Shown in pieces: positions 25,524 through 38,500 of a DNA stretch of 64,000 nucleotides. A program made the translations under genes and the position numbers. The DNA comes from Octopus sinensis (Eukaryota), in assembly GCF_006345805.1 (NCBI RefSeq), contig NC_042997.1, positions 25,110,001-25,174,000 on the forward strand, written 5' to 3'. The stretch's first letter is position 1, and each line of letters starts with the position of its first letter. Under the pieces are notes generated by a model, which saw only the letters and a program-made list of their open reading frames with translations, ran no database searches and was not told where the DNA came from.

Positions 25524-26280
25524 CCTGTTTCAACACACGACTTCACATATTTAAAATATTTAAACGTACTATATATATATATATGTATATATATATATAC
25601 ACATAGTGAATGATACCTACCCAGCAGTGGGGCTGAACCCTGAACCATGTGGTTGGGAAGTAAGCTTCTTACCACACAGCCACGCCTGCGCCTATAATAA
25701 TAAAAAAAACTAACAAAATTTGTCAATATAAAATACTCAACGAATCCTTGTAAAACATTACAATTCAAATTGATATTACTCCACTGGAAAAGTGTCGGAT
25801 ATATATTAGATCTGTGACACTTAAAACACGTTGTTATTTACAGTTTAAAAATTATGAAATACTGATCTTTCAAAGAGATTCCTAATTCTGTAATGGATAC
25901 AAACAGTTTGAAATGGCAAGTAGCAAATAAGGACTGTCGTGGTTTGATGCTATTGATTTCATCACCAGGATTATTGATATTTTATTAATATTCGAAATTT
26001 AATAACGTTACTGCAGTGATTTGAGATATAAAGAAAAAAAAAACTATAGCAATATATCGATTAAAACCCATTTTCCTATAAAGGCTGACACCATTTAGAT
26101 CAAATAAAAATAATTATATATCACGTAGCATGATATCTAAGGGGAATTAGAAAATTACAGCATTTTCCGAAAGATTAACAACTTAAAAGAGAAAACAAAG
26201 CAGGCAGATATGGCGTAATGTGAAAAATTTCATTCGCTCAAAAGCAGTGAACGTTCAATTTCCAAAAATTTTATTATATA

Positions 26281-26793
26281 CTGGCAGCATAGCCCGGCAT
26301 TGCCCGGATATGTAAGAGCCCCTGGAGCAGACATGATGCTCGCTGTGAATTAAAAAAAATTCCTGCCAATTTGTGAAAGATATTGTCGAAAATACGTCAT
26401 CTTGAATTTGAACGCGATTTCCCAAAATTTATCGATTTTTTCTGATGGTAAGGTATTGCATGGAAAACTAACGTCAGAATTAAGTTTCTTAGGGTAACAT
26501 TAAGCTTCACCATGAGTTTGGTGAAAATCGCTTGCAAGTTGCGAAAACTACAACAGAAAATGTGTTGCAAATAAAAAGCTTAGATTCTCGACCCCATGTC
26601 GAATTTATCGATTGTTTTCAGAACTGGGGGAACTTTTCAAACTTTTCGCTGCGTTAGTTTTGAATTATGACATTGGGTTATGTGTGTGTCAAGTTTCATC
26701 AGAATCGGTTGAAAGCCGTGGTCAGGGTGAGGGTACAACCTGACAGACACACAGACACACAGACAAACAAACTGCCGTTTATATAGAGAGAGA
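26281..26793 (-). mobile_element. Non-autonomous Helitron family H2
   Basis: Minus strand A|TCTCTCTCTATATAAACGG start, CCGGGCAATGCCGGG hairpin and CCAG|T end. Confidence 0.78.
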
Positions 26794-26966
26794 TTTGAAT
26801 GTTGCTCTGAGTCTGAAGTAATTGAGCAACCTTTCTCCCTAATATTAATGGTTTTGCGCAAAAATTTGAAAGGTTTCTATTATATTTTTCTCAGAATTTT
26901 TAGAGCGGTTCAGATAAACTTCACAAGTATAGTAACGCCGTCCACTGGGATTACATGAGATGCACA

Positions 26967-27462
26967 AGGCGGTGAGTTGGCAGAATGGTTAGCATGCCGC
27001 TACGTTCTGAGTTCAAATTCCGCTAAGGTCGACTTTGCCTTTTATGTTTTCGGGGTCAATAAATTAAGTACCAGTTGAGTAATGGGGTCTATGTACTTAA
27101 CTATCCCCCTCCCTACATTTCAGGCCTTGTGCCTATAGTAGAAAGGATTATATGAGATTCGCGCTGCGCTATGAAACCGTTCTACCCGCATTCATCCATT
27201 TCCGTGGCATTACAAACTTCTAAGTCTATATCGAACATCAAAGGCGGCGAGCTGGTAGAAACGTTAGCACGCCGGGCGAAATTCGTCTGTCGTTACGTTC
27301 CGAGTTCAAATTCCGCCGAGGTCGACTTTGCCTTTCATCCTTTCGGGGTAGATAAATTAAGTACCAGTTACGCACTGGGGTCGATGTAGTCGACTTAATC
27401 CCTTTGTCTGTCCTTGTTTGTCCCCTCTGAGTTTGGCCCCTTGTGGGTAGTAAAGAAATATA
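26967..27462 (+). mobile_element. Two SINE family A copies (26967-27150 diverged; 27241-27462 full)
   Basis: Head, core and tail motifs as at 5901. Confidence 0.85.
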
Positions 27463-28233
27463 TATCGAACATCTGCTGTCATGTGTAAGGCAGGATCACC
27501 TATTAACTCGTTTTCAATGTAACGACACACACACTATTTTTGCAAAATGTCTTTCTAATGAGCTTTCCTCCTTCGCCAAATTATCAAATTCTCAAGCAAC
27601 CATCATAATCGTCATATCATCATCATCACCGTCGTTTTTGCTGTTCGCTTAGAAATGTCACATTTTATAGAGCTCAGAATAGTGAATATATATTTTTGGA
27701 TTACTCGATGGAATTTCAGAATACTGGCATGTCTACTCCATCAGAAAACTCAAGTGCAGCGTAAAGGTCGATTAGATCATTACATGCACCAGCTAGGTCC
27801 CTGAGAAACACATTGTAATTACAATATCACCTCTTATGCAACTTCATTGGCATCCACATGCTTTACCTTTATAAATGCATCGTTTCTAAGTCAACCCTAA
27901 CCCTTTTTCCTTTTAAACTCCAAATACGTCTTCTTCTATGATTTTTCACATATTCTCACACATTACAATTATCTTTGATATTTCAAGAAAGTGTCTACGT
28001 GAATAAGTGCTAAGTACTGTACTCTTCACGGATGAGACAGTCTGTCATTTGATATATTGTCTGGACCCTTCACTCCACGAGATCTCCTGCTGTAATCACA
28101 CGGTCTGATTAAAAGATATTGAAATATATTTCGATTGGAAATATAGATCTAAATTCCTACATGAAATTCGTCCATATAATACGCACTTAAATTTGCTAAA
28201 GAAACGTTTCAGCAGCTGTCTAGTAGCAACAAT

Positions 28234-28561
28234 TGTGAAGGCGCGTGGCTTAGTGGTTAGGGCATTCGACTGACGATTGTAAGGTCGTGAGTTCGATTCC
28301 CGGCGATGCGTTGTGTCCTTGAGCAAGACACTTTATTTCACGTTGCCTCAGTCCACTCACCTGGCAAAAATGAGTTGTACCTGTATTTCAAAGGGCCGGC
28401 CTTGTCACACTTTGTGTCACGCTGAATCTCCCTGAGAACTACGTTAGGGGTACACGTGTCTGTGTATTGCTCAGTCACTTGCACGTTAATTCCACGAGCA
28501 TGCTGTTCCGTTGATCGTATCAGCTGGGACCCTCGTCGTTGTAACCGACGGAGTGCTCCTA
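28234..28561 (+). mobile_element. tRNA-derived SINE, head type D (CORE-like) with a tail shared with type C
   Basis: TGGCTTAGTGGTTAG / GAGTTCGATTCC boxes, GTGTCCTTGAGCAAGACAC core-like segment, GTAACCGACGGAGTGCTCC tail. Confidence 0.85.
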
Positions 28562-29307
28562 AAAAAGTAGCAACAATGAATTCTGTACCGTGCAATACCA
28601 GTTGTATCATGTGACATTAAAGGCTCAATCACCCAAAATCCTTTATATTCAAATGTGCATATACTCAAATCTAACCACGCACGGCTTGACTAAGCTGCCT
28701 CATATATACGGTGATTAAGCCGCTTCAGAATATTTCAACGAAGCGACCAGTTATTCTTATTTCGATATTCGCGCCTTTATATAAGCGTCCAGATACGCAA
28801 GAATTATAAAAGTGAATAGTTAATACTTAATTATTATATCTGAAGACTTTATTTTCTACCATGTAACGTTTTATATTAACTGATATCATTATGTAATAAT
28901 GGATACATATTCAATTTTGCGAATTTTCCATTCACATAAAAATTCCGCGACACCAAGTGTATTATTCCACAGTCTCCTGCTATATCGCTAAACTTAGTCA
29001 TATTACGTTGGTAACCAGTAATTCACCGTATTTTCCTCATATTTAAAATAGCTTTCCATTTATACCCATTGTTGAGCTTAACGCAAATCTTACATAATTC
29101 AATGAATTATATATACATATACGACGAATTATATTTGTGCGTACATGCGTAAGCGATGTGAGTGGGTGGAGATATATAGGTAAGTGGTATGAGTCAAATA
29201 CACACACATGCACACAAACACGCGTGCGCACGAACATAAACACACGCACGCACACACACACACACAAACACATTCATATGTCTGTCAGTATGTGTCAGCG
29301 TGAATCT

Positions 29308-29680
29308 CTCTCTTTTACTCTTTTACTTGTTTCAGTCATTTGACTGTGGCCATGCTGGAGCACCGCCTTTAGTCGAGCAAATCGACCACAGGACTTATTC
29401 TTTGTAAGCCTAGTACTTATTCTATCGGTCACTTTTGCCGAACCGCTAAGTTACGGGGGAGGTAAACACATCAGCATCGGTTGTCAAGCGATGCTGGGGT
29501 GACAAACAGACACACAAACATATACATATATACGATAGGCTTCTTCCAGTTTCCGTCTACTAAATCCACTCACAAGTCTTTGGTCGGCCCGAGGCTATAG
29601 TAGAAGACACTGGCTTAAGGTGCCACGCAGTGTGACTGAACCCGGGACCATGTGGTTGGTAAACAAGCTATTTACCACGT
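29308..29680 (-). mobile_element. SINE family B
   Basis: Family B tail and body. Confidence 0.88.
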
Positions 29681-30309
29681 AAATATAACAAGCATATTTT
29701 TGTCAATATTTTTGTTTTTAATGTTCGTTACTACCATTTCCTCTGATCGTATTTACGCCAGATTCTTTTCAAGCGAGGTGCAATATAAACATGTTTACTA
29801 ATATTGCATAAGTGTCCAGTTAATAGAGATAACCCCGCAATGAAGATCAATTTCTTGGTAGTTTTGGGGACGAAGTAAATGAGAAAACAGCATTAAAAGG
29901 AGACTTTGAATGCTATAGATTCAGCTTAAACTATTGCTTTGGTTTTTTTTTTCATAACCCTATCCCCCTACAGACATTGCTCGGTAGATTGTTGGTGATC
30001 CACTAACTCGATCATGCTTATTCACTCTATAGTTCATTACTAACATCGTGTGTGCGTGCACGTGAGTGCATATGTACGTATGTATATATTTATATATACA
30101 CCCCCACACACACATATATATATAGAGAGGGAGAGACAGAGATAAATATGTTAAAATTCGAGCGGAATAAGGCGCTGGTCGGATCAAAATTAAAATGCAC
30201 ACACACCAACTACAGACGAATACGAACAACAGTAAGGAAGTACAGACACAAAGATATTCAGCTTATGTTAATAATTAATTGAACCCAACTGAGTGTACTA
30301 CGTATGTAC

Positions 30310-30383
<74 letters not shown>

Positions 30384-30520
30384 GCATATATATATATATA
30401 TATGCACCAAATGGCAGTTGCTAAAAAGCATTCGTGAGGTAAAATCATGTAGCAAACCAAATGGCGGTGCCCCAGCATGGCCACAGCTCATTAGCTGAAA
30501 CTGGAAAAATCAAAATCAAA

Positions 30521-30551
<31 letters not shown>

Positions 30552-30552
30552 T

Positions 30553-30792
30553 ACTTTATTGTCCTCAAAGGGCTAAAAATAGAGGGGATAGCAACGATAG
30601 ACAAAGGGAATAAGTCGATTACATCGACGCCAGTGCGAAACTGGTACTTTATTTATCGACCCCGAAAGCATGAAAGGCAAAGTCGACCTCGGCAGAATTT
30701 GAACTCAGAACGTAACGACAGACGACATACCGCTAAGAATTTCGCCCGGCGCGCTAACTTGCCTGCCAACTTGCCTGCCAACTTGCCGCCCT
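30553..30792 (-). mobile_element. SINE family A
   Basis: Family A motifs. The head carries a short tandem (AACTTGCCTGCC) duplication. Confidence 0.82.
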
Positions 30793-31049
30793 TATTCATA
30801 TATATATATATTATATGATGTATATATGCACCCATACACAAACACTACACACACACACAGATAATCAGAGAAATATTGTTTAGCTTTAGTCCCATAAAGA
30901 TGGGTGCCATAGTGTCGATTTCCAGACGCTTCTGGAAGATTAACGAAACAATCATTCACCTATGACTCCAAACACCTCATGAATCTAGCTGGAGACTAAC
31001 ACACAATTATGCAATTCGTGACACACTCATAAAAAATTTAAGAATGACA

Positions 31050-31095
<46 letters not shown>

Positions 31096-31714
31096 CTCTC
31101 TTACACATACGTAAATACACATTCATATGTCTGTCACTTTCTATCAGCGTCAAGCTGTAAATATATCAAGTATATTTTTGTTTTTAATGTACGTTACTAC
31201 CATTTCCTCTTCAAGTGAGATACAATACAAACATGTTTACTAATAATATTCAGCAAGTGTCCAGTTAATTGAGCTAATCGAAAGTGTTGGAATACGATTA
31301 ATACTAACCTCGCAATGAGGACCAATTAGTTGGTAGTTTGGGGAACGAAGTAAATGACAAATCACTCTTAAAAGTAGACTTTGAATGCTATAGGTTCAGT
31401 TTATGCTTTCGTTTTGTTTAGATGTTCATAACCCTATATATACACCAACAGACATTGCTCAGATAGATGGTAGGTACTCCACTAAAGCGATGATGCTTAT
31501 TCACTCTATAGTTCATTACTGACATGGTGCGTATGAGAATGTGATATATATATACATATGAAGTTCCCCGCTAACAGGGCAAGAAAAATATTCGATTTCC
31601 TTAGAGAAAACATTCGAGGAAAAACGTATTTAAAGACAATGAAAGAAACAGAAAATCCTCCAAGACAGTCTGCCTCATCACCAACTCATAAAACGTTGGT
31701 AAGAGAGAGTTTCT

Positions 31715-31946
31715 TATTTCTTTGTTGCCCACAAGGGGCTAAACATAGAGGGGACAAACATGGACAGATAAAGGGATTAAGTTGATTATATCGACCCCAG
31801 TGCGTAACTGGTACTTAATTTATCGACTCCGAAAGGATGAAAGGCAAAGTCGACCTCGGCGGAATTTGAACTAAGAACGTAACGGTAGACGAAATACCGC
31901 TAAACATTTCGCCCGGCGTACTAACTATTCTACCAGCTTGCCGCCT
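31715..31946 (-). mobile_element. SINE family A
   Basis: Family A motifs. Confidence 0.85.
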
Positions 31947-32074
31947 AAACTCTCTAGAGAGTTTCTCGGGGAACTGTACTGAGACCACTACTATTGCAGT
32001 GGCTCTCTCTGACAAGCCGTCAGTCGTACACTCCCCCACTCTCGCTAGCTGGACTTACAATACAAACGTGTCTT

Positions 32075-32998
32075 AAGCTGTGAAGAACCCTGATGGCGTA
32101 GTAAAACTGCAAAATGACTCGCATGCAATATATAAATGGGCTGATGAAAATAACATGCAGTTCAATGCTGATAAGAGTCAAGCATTACGCTATCGGATCA
32201 CAAATACACTACAACTGGTATACATAGGACAAGTAGGCAGAGTTAGAATCGGTACGCGACCAGAGAATCCATATTAGTAGTGATGCAACATTCCATGTGC
32301 ATAATTATCAGGACGGCAACATTGTGAAGACGAGTAGCTGGATGGATGTTTAGAGTACTCAGAACGAGAAATGACAGAATCTTGATACTCCTATGGAGGA
32401 CATTTTTACTCAGTTGTCTAGATTACTGCTCCCAACTGTGATCGTTGCAAAGTGTCAAACTAGTGGCGGAACTTGAGGCAATCCTGTGCCACTACACAAA
32501 GAAGATTGACTCGGTGAAATAGGTGAATTACTGGGAGAAACTGCAAGAACTGAAGCTCTACTTCTAGAAGAGAAGACAAGAAAGGTATGCAATGATATAC
32601 ATATAGAATATCCTGGAAGGTCTAGCTCACAACTTTGGAATTAAATGCTATACCAACCACCGGACTGGACGACACTGCATACTACCAAAGATATCTTCTT
32701 CATCTTGTAAGATAAGGACCCAGTATTGCAACATCTTGGGTTTCAGGGAACCACAACTGTTTAACATCCTGCCAAGGAACCTAAGAGGTGTAGATGTGGA
32801 AACGTTCAAAAAGCCCCTGGAGAAAATTCTGTCTGAAATCCCAGATGAGACAACGTCGCAGCAGGAGGCACTAAGAAGAACAGCTTCGTCTAATGCATTT
32901 CTACACCAAAAATAATACCGAAAGGAGATCCCAAAACACTGAAAGGTGGTATTCCAGCATGGCCCCAAACCCTGGCTGAAACCAGTCAAAGAATAAAA
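32075..32998 (+). mobile_element. CR1/Jockey-group LINE, 3' RT end and tail
   Basis: LQNDSHAIYKWADENNMQFNADK, LDYCSQL and RRQERY remnants. It ends in GGTGGTATTCCAGCATGGCC...GCTGAAAC like the SINE B tail. Confidence 0.8.
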
Positions 32999-33002
32999 TA
33001 GC

Positions 33003-33033
<31 letters not shown>

Positions 33034-33880
33034 CATACACACACACATATATTACGTATATTTATGTTGATAGCGTAGATGACCGAAATTCAGTCAACAT
33101 TAGTTGTTATTAATGAATAATAAATCTGTACTCTTTAAAAGTATGGATTAACCCTTCAGATTAGCGTAAAACAGATTTTAGTATAACTGGGAATGCAAAC
33201 AAAGATTAATATATGATATATATAGACATCCTCCAAACACACACGCTCGCGTGCGCACGCACGCGCTTTCATGAATAATCAGAGGGAAAGAGCAAGATTA
33301 TTTAGCATTAGCCCTATAAAGAAGGGTGCCATGGAGTCGATTTCCGGACGCTTTTGGGACATCAAGGACATTCACCTATGACTCCAAACAACTCATGAAT
33401 CGAGCTCGAAACTAAACACACAACTATGTAATTTATGACACTCTCATAAAGTATTTAAGAATGACAAAAATATTAATATACACATACGCCCAAATATACA
33501 TATATACTGATGTATGTACATTCCAACAATGGTTGATGTGCAAACGATCCGCTGGTCTTAACAAATCTAATTAAAAAGCACATGTATGCAGGAGATGTTA
33601 GACAATTAAGTAAACGACGCAATAACACAGTCATAAATTATATGATTCATATATTTATCCTGTCTCGTTTATAAATACACTACATTTACAAAAGAAGTCG
33701 AGTGAGTGGACCGCAATACAAGCTCAAAATTGAAATACAGACAGATGAATATGCTTTTGTGTGTGCATACATACTGACATACATATATCTATATAAAATT
33801 CTGTTTACATGCATATACACTGGCAAAGAGAAAAAATTGCTAGTGAAAGTCAAATACACAAATGCGCACACACACACATA

Positions 33881-33944
<64 letters not shown>

Positions 33945-34013
33945 AATATATACTTATATGTGCATGTTTGCGTATGTATGTATATATATATATATATGTG
34001 TGTGTATATATAT

Positions 34014-34046
<33 letters not shown>

Positions 34047-34216
34047 GAATATGTATATATGAAGAAAACAAAAATGGAACAGGAACGTAACAGGCGACAA
34101 CAAAACAGCCGGACATTTAGACGATACAAAGAAATGACAGGAAAAAAAAGGACGTGTTATCCGGACTTTTCTATCTTCAGTCGAGTTCCAGATTTTCTCA
34201 GCAGTTTCAGTCGGTT

Positions 34217-34247
<31 letters not shown>

Positions 34248-34309
34248 TACCTATACACACACAGACACATACACACACAAACCTATATATATATATATAC
34301 ATATATATA

Positions 34310-34640
34310 TGGGTACAGGACGTCACCAAATATCATGAAATGCAAAAACAAACGAGTTAAATACGTAAAGGAGGAAAGAAAAAAATGGAAAACAAGACAA
34401 GTAATACAAAGAATACAAAAAACGATCCTTCATCAGTTGTCAGCTGTCTATCTACTCCTCATTTCGAGCATTGAACGACAATATGAGTCTTCGAAGACAG
34501 TAGCTCCCATAAATACCAAAATAAAATTTTGGATTTATGGAGGGTCAAATTTGGGAACAAAAACAGAACATTGGAAACAAACAAGGAAACCAAACGAAAA
34601 GAAGCGTGAAGGGTCGTTAGACCAGAATGAGGGGAAAATA
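34310..34640 (-). mobile_element. Unclassified dispersed repeat P2 (possible PLE terminal-repeat derivative)
   Basis: Homologous to 59330-59690 (+) and partly to 41168-41341 (-). All end GTCCTG(T/A)AC at (TA)n and contain CTGATGAAGG. Confidence 0.55.
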
Positions 34641-35579
34641 GTGAACGGTAGGAGAAATATTTTCTTTGAAAAGAGAAAAGATAGAAGAGAGATAGAAAAC
34701 TCCCAGTCTTTAGAACGTCGTGGAGGAAAAGAAAGATAGTTACGTGAGGGAAAGGAAGATGGACGATGGTCTCGTGCGAGCAACGAGAGAAAGAAAAAGA
34801 GAAAGACGGTAAGAGATAACCCCGAAATATTGAATACAATGTAAGTCTACATTAATTCATATATTTTTCTTGCGATTTGCCTTGCATTTACTTCGCATTC
34901 TTCTGGTCTTACCCACGATTCTTTATACAATATTTCTACACAATGCTTCATAGCAATTATTCTGTGCGTGCGTGCATGTGTGTAGGGATGTATGTGTGTA
35001 TGTGTGTGTCTTATAGGGTTAGTTTCGAGATCTCAGATTGTGATTTCGATTCCTGGACCGAGCAGTGTCCTGTGTACATGAACAAACCATTTCGTTTTAT
35101 GTTGCTCAGGCCGAAAAAATAAGTAATCCGGCGACTGACACGTGTCTCGTCCGCGAAACATTTTTCCCCACACGAGTTCCGGACCCCAGAAATGAACTCA
35201 TTTGCATATAACCAATCAGAGCTCATCTTGACCTTGTTGTCAAGTTAACAAACACACTCTACCAAGTAAACTCAAGACGAAGAACGATGTTGTAAGTCGA
35301 CCGATCGCCAAGTTAAGTCTGATTTTAGAGGGAGACAAGTAATTAGACAGATGTGCATCTATACCTATTATTGGATTTTGTTATGGCCCCATATGGTAAA
35401 AATTTGGATGTGAAAAATATATATAACTGAAGCTACCCAAAGATCGACTCAATGTGACAGGTCAGCTCAATGCCTCATGTTTTAGAGAAACTGAAAAAAA
35501 TTAAAACTTTAATCCCTAGAACGAACGCAGTGGTGATATGCAGTGATATACACCTGGAAAATCCTAGGAAAAGTTATAG

Positions 35580-35890
35580 CAAACTTTGGTATTGAAAGTT
35601 GCCGAAACAGCAGAACGGGCGCCACTGCATAGTACCAAAATCCAAACATTGTCATCAGGATACAGGACCAGATACTACTATAGCTTGGGTTTCAAGGGGT
35701 TTCAAGGGCCCGCTGCTCTTCAATGTTCCCCCCGGCAAGAAACGTAGACGAAGGCAGCAACATCAAACTCCCTCATTCACCTAATGCCATTAATGAGAGG
35801 AAGCTTCAAGTATTGAAAGGGTTGCAAAGCGCACGGCGGTGACCCAGTGTGGCCGCAGCTCTCGAGCTGACACTTGTAAAGAATAAGTCT
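35580..35890 (+). mobile_element. CR1-group LINE 3' fragment
   Basis: Homologous to 32640-32990 (GGACGACACTGCATACTACCAAA vs GGGCGCCACTGCATAGTACCAAA), with the same tail type. Confidence 0.7.
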
Positions 35891-36251
35891 GCTATTATCC
35901 GCATTAGTATCAACTTTCAGGGTCCTATATATATATATATATGCGTAATCAACTGAATATGATTATACAGAATAGAGTACAACTAAATTCATATAATTTG
36001 CATATCATTGCATATCATTGCATGTTCTGACAAAGTGAGTTGATTTTTAAATTTACAGTGCATCAAACAGCAATTGTCCGGTTTCCCGGTTTCCTTGGCG
36101 TATAGGTTCCTCACCTGGACGAGACGCCGTAGAACACAAAACAGCATTTGTGATTAATTTGAAGTATATGTTTATTAAAAAAAAAACATACAACATTAGC
36201 CACGTTATTATAACGTGGATATGATTCGACCGGTTCGTGTGTATGTGTGTG

Positions 36252-36297
<46 letters not shown>

Positions 36298-36583
36298 GAT
36301 TGTGCGTGCATGTTTGTTCGTGTATGTGTGTATACGGAATCAGAAAATCGTTACCAGATGCGTGGGGATGGCAATTACATTGGATGGTGAGAAATGTTCA
36401 TATTTATATATATATGTAAAAAATGATTTTAGTTAGTTTCCTCTATAATAACCCGAGACGAATAGAATATGTAACGTAGACGAAATTTAGTGAGTTGATG
36501 GAGACGAAATGAAATTAAAACACGTCATTACATAGGCGTATTACTTAAGACAACAAGTTCATTAAGCGGAGACTTTAAATGGA

Positions 36584-36934
36584 AGAAAGGAAGCACTCCG
36601 TCGGTTACGACGACGAGGGTTCCACAGACACTCCACAGAGCACTCCACAGACACGTGTACCCTTCACGTAGTTCTCGGGGATATTCAGCGTGACAACAGA
36701 GAGTGACAAGGCCGGCCCTTTAAAATACAGGTACAACAGAAACAGGAAGTAAGAGTGAGAGAAAGCTGTGGTGAAAGAGTACAGCAGGGATCACCACCAT
36801 CCCCTGCCGGAGCCTCGTGGAGCTTTTAGGTGTATTCGCTCAATAAACACTCACAACGCCCGGTCTGGGAATCGAAACCGCGATCCTACGACCGCGAATC
36901 CGCTGCCCTAACCACTGGGCCATTGCGCCTCCAC
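36584..36934 (-). mobile_element. SINE type C with a 12-bp target-site duplication
   Basis: ACTTTAAATGGA at 36572-36583 and 36935-36946; A and B boxes present. Confidence 0.92.
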
Positions 36935-37000
36935 ACTTTAAATGGAGCCACTTGCAGATTCAAGTTTTATTTCATTTTAGAATGAGTATTATTATTATTA

Positions 37001-37250
37001 TTGTGGAGGCGCGTGGCTTAGTGGTTAGGGTGTCAGCATCATGCTCGTAAGAATGTGGTTTCGATTCCTGGACCGGGCGACGCGTTGTGTTCTTGAGAAA
37101 AAACACTTAATTTCGCGTTGCTCCAGTCCACTCAGCTGGCAAAAATGAGTAACACTGCGATGGACTGGCGTCGCATCCAGCTGGGGAACACATACGCCAT
37201 AGAAACCGGGAAACCGGGCCCATGAGCCTGGCTAGGCTTTAAAAGGCGCA
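37001..37250 (+). mobile_element. SINE head D with a GAAACCGGG-type tail
   Basis: Head like 28234, tail like 425-500, ending in (ATTT)n. Confidence 0.82.
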
Positions 37251-37939
37251 TTTATTTATTTATTTATTATTTTTTATTATTACATTTATTATCTCCACTT
37301 TCTCTATATATGCAATTCATTCTACGATCTTAGTTGTTTGAACAACGATAAATGAGAATATGTGTGTGAGCGTATGTATGTGTGTGCGTGAGCATGTGTG
37401 TTTGTGCGTGTGTATGTGTGTCTATCTGTCTGTGTGCTTATGCGTTTGTGTACGCGGGTGTGTGCATTATTAGTTGGCGAGTGAGAGTTCGTGGGTGTGC
37501 AGGCAAATGTATGTATGAATGACAGAGATATAAACATTGTAGATTATGTACAGTCTCGTCACCATAAATAAAAGAACAATTGACAGCTATTAAGCCTTCA
37601 AGGAGAAAGACTAACCTTTACCCATCCGAACTATATCGCAAGTCATTAGTTTGTACAAAGCTGTGAATGCGATAAGTACATACACGTCTATCATTTGTTG
37701 ACCAGATTTTGGCCCGGCGAACAGATAAAAATGGCATATGGTAAATTTAAACCAGGGGAATGCTGGCTCTATGAGAGAAACGGTGATATACTTACTAACC
37801 CGAAAACATAATGAAGAAAAAGACGAATCAGTAAAATAAGGAAAGTAAATGAATATAGAATTGGGTAAGTGTGTGTGTGTGTAACCGCGTGGGCCCACAT
37901 GTAAGTGTCTGTGGGTGCGCAAGTGTGTATATATATATA

Positions 37940-38168
37940 TATTTCTTTACTACCCACAAGGGGCTAAACAGAGAGAGGACAAACAAGGACAGACATAAGT
38001 ATTAAGTCGATTATATCGACCCCAGCACATAACTGGTACTTAATTTATCGCCCCGAAAGGATGAAAGGCAAAGTCGACCCCGGCGGAATTTGAACTCAGA
38101 ACGTAACGGCAGATGAAATACGCCTACGCATTTCGCCCGGCGTGCTAACGTTTCTGCCAGCTCGCTTA
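37940..38168 (-). mobile_element. SINE family A
   Basis: Family A motifs. Confidence 0.88.
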
Positions 38169-38469
38169 GTGTATATATATATATTTGTATGTGTGCGTGT
38201 GTGAGCGTATATGTATGTTTTGCTTTTTGCTGCGGAAATGAGAGACATACATACAGAATATAAGTAGTAAAGTTTCAACTTTATATGCAGATTATTTTGC
38301 GAGTCCGAGTTTCACGAGTATCAGAGCTTTGAATAGATTCGTATATGTATTTGATCAATGCTTTGACTCTCAATACTAGCAATAATGGTGCTGACTAGTG
38401 CCACTAGTAACTTTAGTCACGTCGAAATATATAAATATTTATATACATATACATCATACACACATACGC

Positions 38470-38500
<31 letters not shown>

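Noticed and set aside
34059-34739. 226-aa ORF, the longest non-TE-looking ORF
   Set aside because: It runs through (CA)n/(TA)n and the antisense strand of repeat P2, and has no domain.
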